Below the pieces are notes generated by a model. It saw only the letters and a list, made by a program, of their open reading frames with translations, ran no database searches and was not told where the DNA came from. This document shows, one piece after another, positions 10,701-19,597 of a stretch of DNA of 64,000 nt; the stretch's first letter is position 1, and every line of letters begins with the position of its first letter. The DNA comes from Candidatus Woesearchaeota archaeon (GTDB lineage: Archaea; Nanobdellota; Nanobdellia; Pacearchaeales; GW2011-AR1): positions 38,535 through 102,534 of the forward strand of contig CAZJPE010000001.1 in the NCBI GenBank assembly GCA_964547875.1. The letters are read 5' to 3'. The translations under genes were made by a program, and so were the position numbers.

Positions 10701-11989
10701 GCAATTTAAGCTATCAGTTCTACATTAATGACAATTTAAGATATAGCACTATCTATTATGGGGATGGAACGCCAATTAAATGGATGGCAATTCCTGAATT
10801 TAGCGATGAAACATATGGTTTATTCGGGAATTTAACTTTAACTGTTTCTATTCCTAATTTTCTATATCTAAATAACTCTAGAACATGGAATGCAAATATA
10901 ACCCATGCAAATGCTCCAATTGGATTTCTAAATAATATCGGGGACAAACAGGGAATTTATGGAAAGGATATTGTAATAAATCTAAGCGAACATTTTTCAG
11001 ATTTTGACGCTTTTGATGTTTATTATAATCAGTCCGCCAGTTTTATTGTTAGGAGTAATGCCAATCAGAGTGCTATAAGCTATTCTGTCAGCAATTGGAT
11101 TTTGAGTTTAAGCGCTTCAAGCGCTGTTGTTGAAATATTAAACATAACAGGGAATGATTTGAACGGAGGTGTGATAATGACAAGTGCAATGAGCAATAAT
11201 TTTAAGGTTGAATTTATAGAGCCGATTAGTGTGCCGGTTCCAGTTCCAGAGCCAGTACCTGTGCCTGCTGGAGGAAGCGGAGGTTCAAGTACTGAGAAAC
11301 TTGTTTCTTTGAAAATAATTCATCCTGGGCCTGTTTCTGCTAAGAGAGGAGAGACTATAATACTGCCTATTGAAATTTTTAATGACGGCCCTACAACTCT
11401 TAATGGCATAGACATAGGGAGTTTGGTTGTAAAAGACGGAAAGATTAGAAACGAGTTTAATGTAAGCCTTAGCAAAAGACATATTGTGAGCCTGGCTAGC
11501 GGTGCGCGGGAGAATTTAACATTGACAGCAAACGTTGGTTTTGAGCTTGGATTGTTTGAAATAACTGTTAATGCGAGCGTTCAAGAGCCAAAATATTATG
11601 ATTGGGGAAAGATTTTCATTAATTTTGAAGAGGGAGAGACTGTTATTGAGAAGTTAGTATTTACAGAGGAATTTATTGTTGAGAATCCAGAATGCGCTGA
11701 AGTTAAAGAGCTTGTTGACGAATCCCGCGAGTACTTGGCGATAGGGGATTTTGATTCTGCGAGAGTTAAGTTAGACGAGGCGGCAGACGCCTGTAAGGAA
11801 GCAATATCTAAAAACTCTTTCTTTTCAGGGACAAGATTGAAAGCTAAATTACAAGACAAGATATTTATTTATCTATTTGTTGCAACGATATTGTCTGTTG
11901 TCTTGGGAATATCTTATTATGTTTTCAGGAGGAGGGCGCTTAAAAAAGCCTTGGAAGAGGTCAGCAAAATGAGTTTTGAGAAGACCTAG
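7706..11989 (+). CDS. Giant (1427 aa) cadherin-like repeat cell-surface protein, type II signal anchor plus C-terminal TM
   Basis: Repeated cadherin-like signatures TPVNDAPVF, INDLPIIET, NHPPTFIN. PVPVPEPVPVP-GGSGGS linker; C-terminal TM IFIYLFVATILSVVLGISYYVF plus RRR. Very high N-x-S/T density. Confidence 0.7.
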   Translation: MVHKRYIKIRGKTYGPYYYESYREGSKVKKRYLKIPHEKERRVKSFLNQNKIINLKLLIIFYLIFIVILMLLAINRYSAPFFSEREDRAVLLAPPGASVGASDNANLSIWDDTDLGENRFSGILVNFYANYTNSVGNVIDNLNGNCLIRYDYTGVYTNYDNMVYDINSLLWKSSRTFNYKGIHNFEVDCRSDLGNVSLTNNFVISNSEPDIKETPGGSLDFDNNIFNNDILGCVEDILCLYNISANVSDPDVNDMLVFDYIPGPNSTLTNFAIDPQTGILSIDINKDADTGQKIIELTVIDSDGARDTATLSVSITPVNDAPVFINLINKSFNISMLFEYNIIANDEEGNVPFSFNITFLSCETAQWSTRTNCELFNTSQYSVNGTAINISFTPSRNDVGSYIINFSVSDSGIPSAIRSEIINFTVLNINSEPWFRYVCDNEREAVEDLEFNCYINASDIDEVNNLTFSSNANWFLDFKSVIVNSTTNFNGSILVNFTATDKNVGNWSINVTVRDTGIPIMQNSSTFYFFVDNINDRVKLQDLPTITAYTSNNYSVYINASDDDLLIPDKNVYNEILSFSSNASWVYISSVGIVSGTNITRALIEFDPNNAPGSGQHVINISTSDANGFSIDSKILTINIIGNFKPVWLNPAANHVLTEDNEFYLNLSENVTDPEGDAISFSFSSDTGFPSFSLNAGTGVINLTPSDIDVGQHIVIINASDVATPSPFTFNFSVSNINDLPIIETPLQGNNVTIDLNSNMEIMEDNRVEIFLFVKDEDLKIPLGQKDFYNENLVVNSVIEGANSNLFSFVEPIFLPPERLIFSAIFTPKKSDVGFYNVTVNVSDASGALATLSFNLSIFEINHPPTFINLTDQATIIDRELFYNIEAFDIEDGDDSTGNLTYSYKFLADGRMDDFIGNDERIFNKTSGILNVTFINGQGGAYHLNISVNDSIGLQNTEDFWVFVYDLPIILSPPANFVFNLKEGNATNLTFVANSSGIGNLSYQFYINDNLRYSTIYYGDGTPIKWMAIPEFSDETYGLFGNLTLTVSIPNFLYLNNSRTWNANITHANAPIGFLNNIGDKQGIYGKDIVINLSEHFSDFDAFDVYYNQSASFIVRSNANQSAISYSVSNWILSLSASSAVVEILNITGNDLNGGVIMTSAMSNNFKVEFIEPISVPVPVPEPVPVPAGGSGGSSTEKLVSLKIIHPGPVSAKRGETIILPIEIFNDGPTTLNGIDIGSLVVKDGKIRNEFNVSLSKRHIVSLASGARENLTLTANVGFELGLFEITVNASVQEPKYYDWGKIFINFEEGETVIEKLVFTEEFIVENPECAEVKELVDESREYLAIGDFDSARVKLDEAADACKEAISKNSFFSGTRLKAKLQDKIFIYLFVATILSVVLGISYYVFRRRALKKALEEVSKMSFEKT

Positions 11990-12220
11990 AAAAATTTAAT
12001 ATAGTATAGAACAAATGATACGATGTAGAGAAGAGTGGGAAGAGAGAGTATTAACTAAGCCGGTTGATTCCGCATTTGAGAGATTGCGAGTGGACTCGAG
12101 AAAAGCAAGATATACTTTTGAATATGTAAACTCTTTAAGATATACAGGCTTTGATTATAGAAATTCAAAGAAAGTTTTAATAAGACAAAATTATTTACTA
12201 ATAAGATAAAAGAGAGGAAA

Positions 12221-13399
12221 ATGAAACATAAAGCTGAAGATTTAGAGAAAGAAGAGATTAGGGATAAAAGAGAAAGGAAGCATAAAAAGGAAAAGCATGC
12301 AGGGCGTCATATAGAACATAAAAAACCAGAACATCACGAGCATAAGCATGTTAAACATCCTAAAGAAGAGAAAGATAAAAATAAGAAAAAGATAGAAAAG
12401 CCTGAGAGCGAGGAGGTTCATGCCAAGGACGAAAGGCCTAATAACGCGGAGATGAATAGATATTCTGAATTTATTTTTAGGATGAAAAAGGAGATTGCAA
12501 AGGTTATTACAGGACAGGAAAAGATTATTGATAGCCTTATAATGGCTTTGCTTTGTGATGGGCATGTTTTGCTAGAAGGCGTGCCTGGAATTGCAAAGAC
12601 ACTGGCTGTGAGAACCCTTGGCATAGCGAGCGGGTGCAGTGTTAAGAGAATACAATTTACAGTTGACTTGCTACCCACAGACATAACCGGCATAACTACT
12701 TATACTCCTGGAAAGGGATTTGAGACTATTAAAGGGCCCATTTTTGCTAATTTTATAATTGCTGACGAGATTAATAGAAGTCCGAGTAAGACGCAATCTG
12801 CTTTGATTGAGGCAATGCAGGAAACGCAGGTTACAATAGGGAAAGAGACTTTTAAATTGCCAACTCCATTTTTTGTCATGGCAACTGAAAATCCGCTTGA
12901 GCAGAGCGGGGTTTATACTTTGCCAGAAGCGCAGATAGACAGGTTTCTTTTTAAATTGCTAATGGGATATCCTACATATAACGAAGAGAAGAAGATAATG
13001 GAGGAGAATATGACATTAAAGAAATTTGAGGAATTTAATATAAGAGCAGTAATTTCTCCTAACGATATTTTAAAGGTGCAGAAGTTAACTAAAAAAGTTT
13101 ATTTAGACGACAAAATAAAAAGATATATTCTTGATATTGTAAAAAGAACAAGGACAAAGGATTTTAAGTATGGAGAGTATATTGAATGGGGCAGTTCGCC
13201 GAGAGCGAGCATATCATTGTTTATAGCCTCTAAAGCGAAGGCTTTAATGAGCAGGAGAAATTTTGTTATTCCGTCTGATGTCAAGGCGATTGTGCATGAT
13301 GTTATGAGGCATAGGATTATTTTGAATTATAGGGCAAGGGCAGAGGGTGTTGATAGCGACAAGATAATAAATGAAATTCTGACTGTGGAAAATATTTGA
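12221..13399 (+). CDS. MoxR-family AAA+ ATPase with a His/Lys-rich N-terminal extension
   Basis: Walker A LLEGVPGIAKT; Walker B IIADEINRSPSKTQSALIEAMQE. The N-terminal ~80 aa are K/E/H low complexity (EHKKPEHHEHKHVKHP). Confidence 0.85.
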   Translation: MKHKAEDLEKEEIRDKRERKHKKEKHAGRHIEHKKPEHHEHKHVKHPKEEKDKNKKKIEKPESEEVHAKDERPNNAEMNRYSEFIFRMKKEIAKVITGQEKIIDSLIMALLCDGHVLLEGVPGIAKTLAVRTLGIASGCSVKRIQFTVDLLPTDITGITTYTPGKGFETIKGPIFANFIIADEINRSPSKTQSALIEAMQETQVTIGKETFKLPTPFFVMATENPLEQSGVYTLPEAQIDRFLFKLLMGYPTYNEEKKIMEENMTLKKFEEFNIRAVISPNDILKVQKLTKKVYLDDKIKRYILDIVKRTRTKDFKYGEYIEWGSSPRASISLFIASKAKALMSRRNFVIPSDVKAIVHDVMRHRIILNYRARAEGVDSDKIINEILTVENI

Positions 13400-13405
13400 G
13401 TTACA

Positions 13406-13711
13406 ATGAGAGAGATTGATGAATCTTATTTGGCAAGAAAAATTCGCGATATTTGCAGCGAATCTAAGTCTAATTTAGACATATTTACCTCTCTTGTTTC
13501 AGACAAGGGAGAAAAGGAATATAACAGGATTGATTACGAGGCTTTTTTCACTCATTTTATAGGCATGATAGAGACTATGACACTAATTAAACTTTATCAG
13601 TCAAATTTTAATAGAGAAAAATTTGGAGACATGAAGTTTCATTTAGAAGATTATATTGCAAAGACAAAGAAAAATTTAGTTGAAAGCCTATTGAAGAGGG
13701 AATATGATTAG
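13406..13711 (+). CDS. Hypothetical protein between MoxR and DUF58
   Basis: ORF only; its ends abut moxR and overlap the DUF58 gene. Confidence 0.35.
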   Translation: MREIDESYLARKIRDICSESKSNLDIFTSLVSDKGEKEYNRIDYEAFFTHFIGMIETMTLIKLYQSNFNREKFGDMKFHLEDYIAKTKKNLVESLLKREYD

Positions 13712-14606
13712 ACAAAAACTAAATGTTAATGTTCCAAGGGCTATTACTGAATTTGAGGCAGCTGCGAAGGAATTTGAATTAAAAGAAAAATTATATAGGA
13801 TTATTTTTCGGGGCAAGGGTTTAGAATTTGATAAGTATAGGGATTATGCTCCTGATGAGGATGCAACTAGTATAGACTGGAAGGCGAGCTTAAGGGCAAA
13901 TAAATTAATTGCCAAGCAGTACATAGAAGAGAGGGATTTGAATATTGTTTTTGTTTTTGATATCAGCGAAAACATGCTGTTGGGCTCTGCTGATAAATTG
14001 AAATGCGAGTATGCTGTAGAGATATTTGCAGCATTGGCTCATTTGATAATAAGCTCTAATGACCGAGTTGGGATTGTTCTTTTTGGCGATGAGATTAAAA
14101 ATTTTATACCTCCAAAAGGAGGAACAAATCAGTTTTTTAATATTGTTGACATACTATCAGATCCTTCCACATACAGCGGGGGATCAAGGATTGATAAATT
14201 ATTAAAATTTATTTTGGCGTATTTAGGGAAGAATGTAGATGTGGTTATTTTTATTTCTGATTTTATCAGGATGAATGACAGAGTTTTGAACGATTTATTT
14301 TTGGTTTCTCACAAATTTGAGAGCGTGGCGATAATGGTTAGAGATATGCTGGACAAAACTTTTCCTGAAATTGACAGAGAATTAGTAATAGAAGACCCTA
14401 TTACAAAAGAGCAGGTTCTTATAAATCCCAAGATGATAAAACAAATATACGAGAAAAGTGCATTAGAAAGGGATAGGGTTGTTAAAAGTATTTTTAGAAA
14501 AGCAAATATTGACCTTTTGGAATTAATGACAAATAAAACTTTTGCTTTTGATTTAGCAGGTTTTTTGAGCGAGAGGGCAAATATGGGAAAGAAATTTGGG
14601 AGATGA
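13704..14606 (+). CDS. DUF58 (vWA-like) protein, MoxR partner
   Basis: VFVFDISENM...DRVGIVLFGD...VVIFISDF, the typical DUF58 core; conserved gene order after MoxR. Confidence 0.75.
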   Translation: MIRQKLNVNVPRAITEFEAAAKEFELKEKLYRIIFRGKGLEFDKYRDYAPDEDATSIDWKASLRANKLIAKQYIEERDLNIVFVFDISENMLLGSADKLKCEYAVEIFAALAHLIISSNDRVGIVLFGDEIKNFIPPKGGTNQFFNIVDILSDPSTYSGGSRIDKLLKFILAYLGKNVDVVIFISDFIRMNDRVLNDLFLVSHKFESVAIMVRDMLDKTFPEIDRELVIEDPITKEQVLINPKMIKQIYEKSALERDRVVKSIFRKANIDLLELMTNKTFAFDLAGFLSERANMGKKFGR

Positions 14607-14934
14607 ATTTATGAAAGCTTTATGTCTGAAAGAGCCATGGGCGTCCATGATAAAGGGAGGAGTGAAAACAATAGAAACTAGAAAATGGAAAACAAGTTAC
14701 AGAGGAAAAATACTTTTATGTGCAAGCAAAAATCCAAAATCTTCAATTAGCGGCAATGCATTTGCGATTGCAGAATTAATTGATTGCAGAAAAATGATTG
14801 AGGAAGATGAGAAGTTAGCATGCTGTAAAGTTTATCCCAAAGCCAATTCATGGATATTAAAAAATATAAGAAACATTGAGCCATTTCCAGTTAAAGGAAA
14901 GTTAGGGTTATTTGAGATTAGTGAGGTTAATTAA
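14596..14934 (+). CDS. ASCH (PUA-like) domain protein
   Basis: MKALCLKEPWASMIKGGVKTIETRKWKTSYRGKILLCA matches ASCH domain starts. Confidence 0.6.
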   Translation: MGDEFMKALCLKEPWASMIKGGVKTIETRKWKTSYRGKILLCASKNPKSSISGNAFAIAELIDCRKMIEEDEKLACCKVYPKANSWILKNIRNIEPFPVKGKLGLFEISEVN

Positions 14935-15074
14935 ATGGTAATAGTAAAAAGAAAGAACAAATGGGTATTATTGACTAAAGATAAAAAGAAAAAGCTTGGA
15001 GAGTTTAGAACATATAAGGCAGCATTGAAGCGCGAGAGGCAGATAATTTTCTTTAAGAATATGAGATAACTAAT

Positions 15075-16025
15075 TTACACACGCTCACTTTTTAGGAGCG
15101 TGTCTAATAAATAAGTTCTTTTAATTAGAGTACCCACCTACGTTTACTTAGGAGGTGGGTACTATGTTACCTAGATGGTGTAATGAAGTCTATGACTTAA
15201 ATGTTGCGTTTTCTATAATGCGTAGGATAGTGCAGCAAAGTAAGATAGTGAAAGGAGGAAGAGGAGCTAAGCCGAAGCATAATCCGACAAAGTATGCTTT
15301 GACTCTTGCATTGAAAGAAATGCAAAATAGAAATCTAAGAGAAACAGAATGTCATTTAACGAAATATGTCTGCGACGAAAGAGTAGACCATTCTGTTCTT
15401 TCTTATTGGGAGAATAAAGAAGAAATGCCAATGATTATTGCTAAATTTATCAGCATAGCTGGAGCTATGCTCGATAAGGCCTTATCGTCGCTATTCAGCT
15501 TTGTTGATTCAACAAAATTTACGGGCTGGGATGTGAAAGAAATAAAATTGATAGAAGTAACTGTTTGCAATAGAATTGCAGATATGTCAGTTTATCCTGT
15601 TGGAATTAGCTTTCTTAGAAATGACGTCGTCTCTCCTGTCAGAGAAGCTGTTCCAAACGGAATAGGAAAGATAAAGGCAGACGCGTGGTACGATGAAATA
15701 GATACTATCAAGCATCTGTTTAAGATTGGGTATACGCCAATAATCTGCCCAAACAAAACTCGTTACAGAGGATTTTACAGAAGGAAAGCAAGAAAAATCT
15801 ATAGAATGCCTGAAAACAGATTAGCTTATAGGCAGAGAGGAAGAGGAGAAAGTATGTTCGGCAGTCTGACAAACGAGCATGGAGACAGATTAAAAGCAAG
15901 AAACGTAAATGCTATCAGAACAAGGATAGCGGCGAGGATATTCTGCTATCAGATAAAGTTATTGATACGGATTCAATTAGCACTAAATGTGCTAATTGTT
16001 AGACACGCTCACTTTTTAGAAAGCT
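15075..16025 (+). mobile_element. Insertion sequence with an IS4/IS5-superfamily DDE transposase; ends marked by the repeat acacgctcactttttag (15079-15095 and 16003-16019) with a palindromic core
   Basis: A direct 17-bp repeat at both ends. The left end forms a hairpin acacgctc/gagcgtgt. A second perfect 10-bp hairpin gtacccacct/aggtgggtac (15130-15162) overlaps the transposase RBS GGAGGTG. Exact termini are uncertain. Confidence 0.6.
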
Positions 16026-16048
16026 TTTTAAAGGGGGGGCGTAGATAG
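15164..16048 (+). CDS. DDE transposase (IS4/IS5-like, DDE_Tnp_1 type)
   Basis: D in FVDSTKF, D in KADAWYD, E in the YRQRGRGESMFGSLT motif (Y-2-R-3-E-6-x signature); ~295 aa. SD GGAGGTG lies 6 nt upstream of ATG 15164 (the track starts at GTG 15155). Confidence 0.7.
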   Translation: MLPRWCNEVYDLNVAFSIMRRIVQQSKIVKGGRGAKPKHNPTKYALTLALKEMQNRNLRETECHLTKYVCDERVDHSVLSYWENKEEMPMIIAKFISIAGAMLDKALSSLFSFVDSTKFTGWDVKEIKLIEVTVCNRIADMSVYPVGISFLRNDVVSPVREAVPNGIGKIKADAWYDEIDTIKHLFKIGYTPIICPNKTRYRGFYRRKARKIYRMPENRLAYRQRGRGESMFGSLTNEHGDRLKARNVNAIRTRIAARIFCYQIKLLIRIQLALNVLIVRHAHFLESFLKGGRR

Positions 16049-16051
16049 AAT

Positions 16052-16363
16052 ATGAAAGGAAAAATAATTTTGTTACTAAGCTCAATGCTTTTAGTTGGGC
16101 TTGCAGTTTTTGTTTCTGCTTCTATGAGCTGGCAAGGTAATGGACCTAATGTACCTTATAAAGTTGAACTTGAACTGAATAAAGGATGGAACATAATTGC
16201 AGGAACACTACCTGAAGATGGAATATTAAGTGATAGTGAAATTCAGGCATCAGACATTAAAGCAATGTGGTATTATTCTCCGAAAACCAAAGAATATAAG
16301 GTTTATATTAGACGAATTAAAAAGGCGTCCTGGCATTATAAAGTAACCCAGGACAGTTATTAA
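16052..16363 (+). CDS. Small secreted protein, hypothetical
   Basis: Signal peptide MKGKIILLLSSMLLVGLAVFVSAS. Confidence 0.45.
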   Translation: MKGKIILLLSSMLLVGLAVFVSASMSWQGNGPNVPYKVELELNKGWNIIAGTLPEDGILSDSEIQASDIKAMWYYSPKTKEYKVYIRRIKKASWHYKVTQDSY

Positions 16364-16461
16364 TATTACAATATTTCTCTACTTTAAAAATCCTTCGGTT
16401 GCCTGATTTTTTAAAATCTTCTTTTTTCTAAGGATTTTCGAAATAGCGCAAGTTTAATAAA

Positions 16462-16824
16462 GTGCTGGAGATAGAGATTAATATGAGATATCAGCTAGAC
16501 ATTAGGGGTGATGAATTCTTAGACTATGTTTTTGAAGGGCCTGATGATATTGCAGGCCTGATGAATTTTGCAAGCAGAATTGAGAAATTGAGGAATGTTG
16601 GATATAAATTTGCCGAACAGATATTATTGCCAGAATTCCTGAGTAGAAATAAAGTTCCAGAAGATATTGCAGAAGATGTGTGGATTCATATGGGTTATAT
16701 AAATAGAGAAGGTATTAATTCAGCTAGTTCGTATGAACAAATAGAAAAAATCGAGAGAGATTATAATTTAGGTAGAGGAAAGTTAATAGGGCTTTTAGAT
16801 GTGGCATTAGGTAAATACCCATAA
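16462..16824 (+). CDS. Hypothetical protein
   Basis: ORF only; acidic, no recognisable motif. Confidence 0.4.
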   Translation: MLEIEINMRYQLDIRGDEFLDYVFEGPDDIAGLMNFASRIEKLRNVGYKFAEQILLPEFLSRNKVPEDIAEDVWIHMGYINREGINSASSYEQIEKIERDYNLGRGKLIGLLDVALGKYP

Positions 16825-16838
16825 AATAAAGTAGAAAG

Positions 16839-17762
16839 ATGGTGTCAATAAGTTTTTTGTATCCGAGATATTTGTTTTTCTTATTTTTAATCCCCTTGTT
16901 TATTTTTATTCATATTGTTACATTAAGAGCTTCTAGGACTACTGCTTTAAAATTTGCGAATTTTGAGGCGATTGCGCGCATTAAGGGAGTTGATTTTTTT
17001 TCCAAGAATATTATAACCTTGTTTTTAAGTATTCTTATAATTTTTTTATTAGTTATGGCAGTTTCAGGATTGACTTTACATACAACTATTAAAGCAACTG
17101 ATTATTCTTTTGTTATAGCGTTAGATAGTTCAGAAAGTATGGGGGCTAATGATTTATTGCCAAATAGGATGGAGGCTGCTAAGAGAGCGGCTGTTGCTTT
17201 TATTGACGCACTTCCTATAACAACTAGAGTTGGAGTTATTTCTTTTTCAGGGAATGCTATTATTGAGCAGGATTTGACTGAGAGCAAAAGCTCTATGAAA
17301 AGCGCTGTAAATGAGGTGCAAATCAGCGAGATATCAGGGACAGATGTTTATGAGGCAGTTATCACAGGAACAAATTTGTTGAGCGCGGAGAATACAAAGG
17401 CGATTATTTTATTGAGCGATGGGCAGATAAATGTCGGGACAATTAATGACGCTATAGTTTACGCTAATGAGAATGATATTGTTGTGCATACAATTGCTAT
17501 TGGAACAGAAGAAGGCGGGGAAACTTCATATGGATTGTCAAAATTAGATGAAGATTCATTGAAAGCGCTTTCTTATAATACAAACGGGCAGTTTTTCAGG
17601 GCTTTGGATGAAAATGAACTTTCCAATTCTTTTAATGAAGCAATTGCAAAAACAGAAAGAAAAGTCGGAATTAATCTCGCTGATTACTTGCTTATTGCTT
17701 CTATTCTGCTGTTTGCCTTTGAGTATTATTTGATAAATAGCAGATATAGGAGATTGATTTAG
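16839..17762 (+). CDS. von Willebrand factor A domain membrane protein (BatA/BatB-like)
   Basis: Two N-terminal TM helices; MIDAS VIALDSSESM...SGT...LSDG; C-terminal TM. Neighbourhood with MoxR/DUF58. Confidence 0.75.
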   Translation: MVSISFLYPRYLFFLFLIPLFIFIHIVTLRASRTTALKFANFEAIARIKGVDFFSKNIITLFLSILIIFLLVMAVSGLTLHTTIKATDYSFVIALDSSESMGANDLLPNRMEAAKRAAVAFIDALPITTRVGVISFSGNAIIEQDLTESKSSMKSAVNEVQISEISGTDVYEAVITGTNLLSAENTKAIILLSDGQINVGTINDAIVYANENDIVVHTIAIGTEEGGETSYGLSKLDEDSLKALSYNTNGQFFRALDENELSNSFNEAIAKTERKVGINLADYLLIASILLFAFEYYLINSRYRRLI

Positions 17763-17942
17763 GGTTATTTTTTAGTAGTTACAAAATAAAATTCCTTTCT
17801 AATTGTGCTAAGATGAATTTGCTTTTTAATCCAGATCATATGTAATAAAATCAATATTTATATTCGATAAAAGATTACAATGATATATTAATAACAACTA
17901 AATAGAAACTTATTTAAAGCAAAATTAAAAGAGCATCTATGT

Positions 17943-19466
17943 CTAATCAAACAACTTAGAAACCCATCCACTAATTGTATTCCCAATCCAACTTCCAAGT
18001 TTTTGGAAGAAAAATCCTTCTCGCTCATACTCGCCAGAAACAGGACTAGAAGTGCCAGAACTGCTTCCGCTTGGCGATACGCTGGCAGTTCCAAAAGCAC
18101 TAGGCGACCTAGAAGCAGATGAAGTCACACTTCCTTTAGGCGTCTTAGTAGAAGATATTTTAGGTGAGGGTGATTTAGAGGCTGTGACAGAAGCGCTAGG
18201 AGCTCTAGATCCAGAAGGATAAGCACTAGGAGTTCTAATAGGTCTAGTAGCAAAAGGAATAGGAGATATCTGCGTAATAGGTAGAGAAACAACATCATTT
18301 CCCTCTTTGTCAGTAACTATAAGATCCTTAGCCCCTTCAACAATAGGAATTTTTAAATGAAAATCAATTGCGCTTCTCTCAAATATCTCACCCTCTATAC
18401 TACCCTCCTCGTCAGGCGTTTCTTTAGGTTTGTCCGTATATATATAATCTGAATTTTTATAAACCTCTCCTTCTATTCCAACAACATCATATTGTCCTTC
18501 TTTGTTTAATTCGTACAAAGGAGCGTCTGTAAATATCTCTTCATGATTAAATCCGCCAAGTGCAACCTTGCTTCCATCATTCAAGATAATGCTGTATGAC
18601 GAATCTCCTTGGCTGATTCTTCCAGCGCAACCACTTCGAACAGCCTTTCTAATGCTAAAATCACCATTAACCCGCTTCCCTTCTATAAGCCAATACCTCT
18701 CTTCTGAGCAATCTCGTCCTTTACTAATGGCTCTTCCCGTTATCCCAGAATTTGTATTCTTTGTTAGCTCCAATATTTTGTTCTCTATAACCCACTCGTT
18801 AAAATTTCCATAATTATCAACTCTTAAAGTGCGCATAACGCCCTCTTCTACAGAGCGGAAATAATCGTGGCGAGAACAGCCTTCGTAACAGCCATCATTC
18901 TTTCCAAAAAAATCCTCGCAATCAGCAGCGCAGTTCCCGGCAGAATTTTTCGGGATATTTGCAGGCACGTATTCTTCTGCCAAGCTGACAAAACTATGCC
19001 CGAACTCATGTGCCAACACGCTAAGGGGATGTCTCGTATTAATGCTCATAACATTTAGATAAGTAGAACTTCTAAAATTTGTATTGTAATCATCGTTCAA
19101 TATCACAATCTGATCATTAGGGCATGAAGCTGCTTTTACAATTAACTCGCGCGAATAGCAAAACAAAGCAATATTATTATAAAGCTCACAAGGAGGCTTA
19201 TAATTAATATAATAAAAATTAAATCTTTCTCTGAAACCATTTACTGGCTCTAAATTAAGAAAATAATCAGTATATTTCTCTACATCATCTTTATTATCTG
19301 CAAAAAAAACGAGAGAAATTGCGTTATCGCCTGATTCTCTTATGATATTACACTCCTCCAGTCCATAACTGTCGGGGCTTAGATAAGCTCTCCAAAAAAA
19401 TAAAAAAACCAATCCAACAATAGCAACTAAAGCAAGAAAAATCCATAAAAAAATTAACTTTCTCAT
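17943..19466 (-). CDS. Secreted zinc metallopeptidase (HExxH) with S/P-rich linker and C-terminal W-rich tail
   Basis: N-terminal signal/TM; HEFGHSFVSLAEEY zincin motif; long Ser/Pro/Thr-rich linker; terminal FQKLGSWIGNTISGWVSKLF. Confidence 0.6.
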   Translation of the reverse strand: MRKLIFLWIFLALVAIVGLVFLFFWRAYLSPDSYGLEECNIIRESGDNAISLVFFADNKDDVEKYTDYFLNLEPVNGFRERFNFYYINYKPPCELYNNIALFCYSRELIVKAASCPNDQIVILNDDYNTNFRSSTYLNVMSINTRHPLSVLAHEFGHSFVSLAEEYVPANIPKNSAGNCAADCEDFFGKNDGCYEGCSRHDYFRSVEEGVMRTLRVDNYGNFNEWVIENKILELTKNTNSGITGRAISKGRDCSEERYWLIEGKRVNGDFSIRKAVRSGCAGRISQGDSSYSIILNDGSKVALGGFNHEEIFTDAPLYELNKEGQYDVVGIEGEVYKNSDYIYTDKPKETPDEEGSIEGEIFERSAIDFHLKIPIVEGAKDLIVTDKEGNDVVSLPITQISPIPFATRPIRTPSAYPSGSRAPSASVTASKSPSPKISSTKTPKGSVTSSASRSPSAFGTASVSPSGSSSGTSSPVSGEYEREGFFFQKLGSWIGNTISGWVSKLFD

Positions 19467-19597
19467 GCCTTTTTAACACATAACAATCTTTTAAATGTAT
19501 CACATTATCCTTTAGATAAAAATAAGACACTTTATAATCTTTAGATAGTTGCAACAATTTTGTAAATACGATTGAGCTTACGAAAAAATAATTTTAA

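Noticed and set aside
8251-11859. Nine 60-146-aa minus-strand ORFs inside the 1427-aa cadherin-like gene (8251-8469, 8482-8835, 8888-9328, 9064-9282, 9694-9912, 10756-10947, 11285-11482, 11596-11859)
   Set aside because: All lie antisense within a long, motif-supported coding region. They are low-complexity with no starts in good context, so they are frame artefacts.
12242-12693. Minus-strand ORFs 12242-12565 and 12418-12693 overlapping moxR
   Set aside because: Mirror frames of the K/E/H low-complexity N-terminal region.
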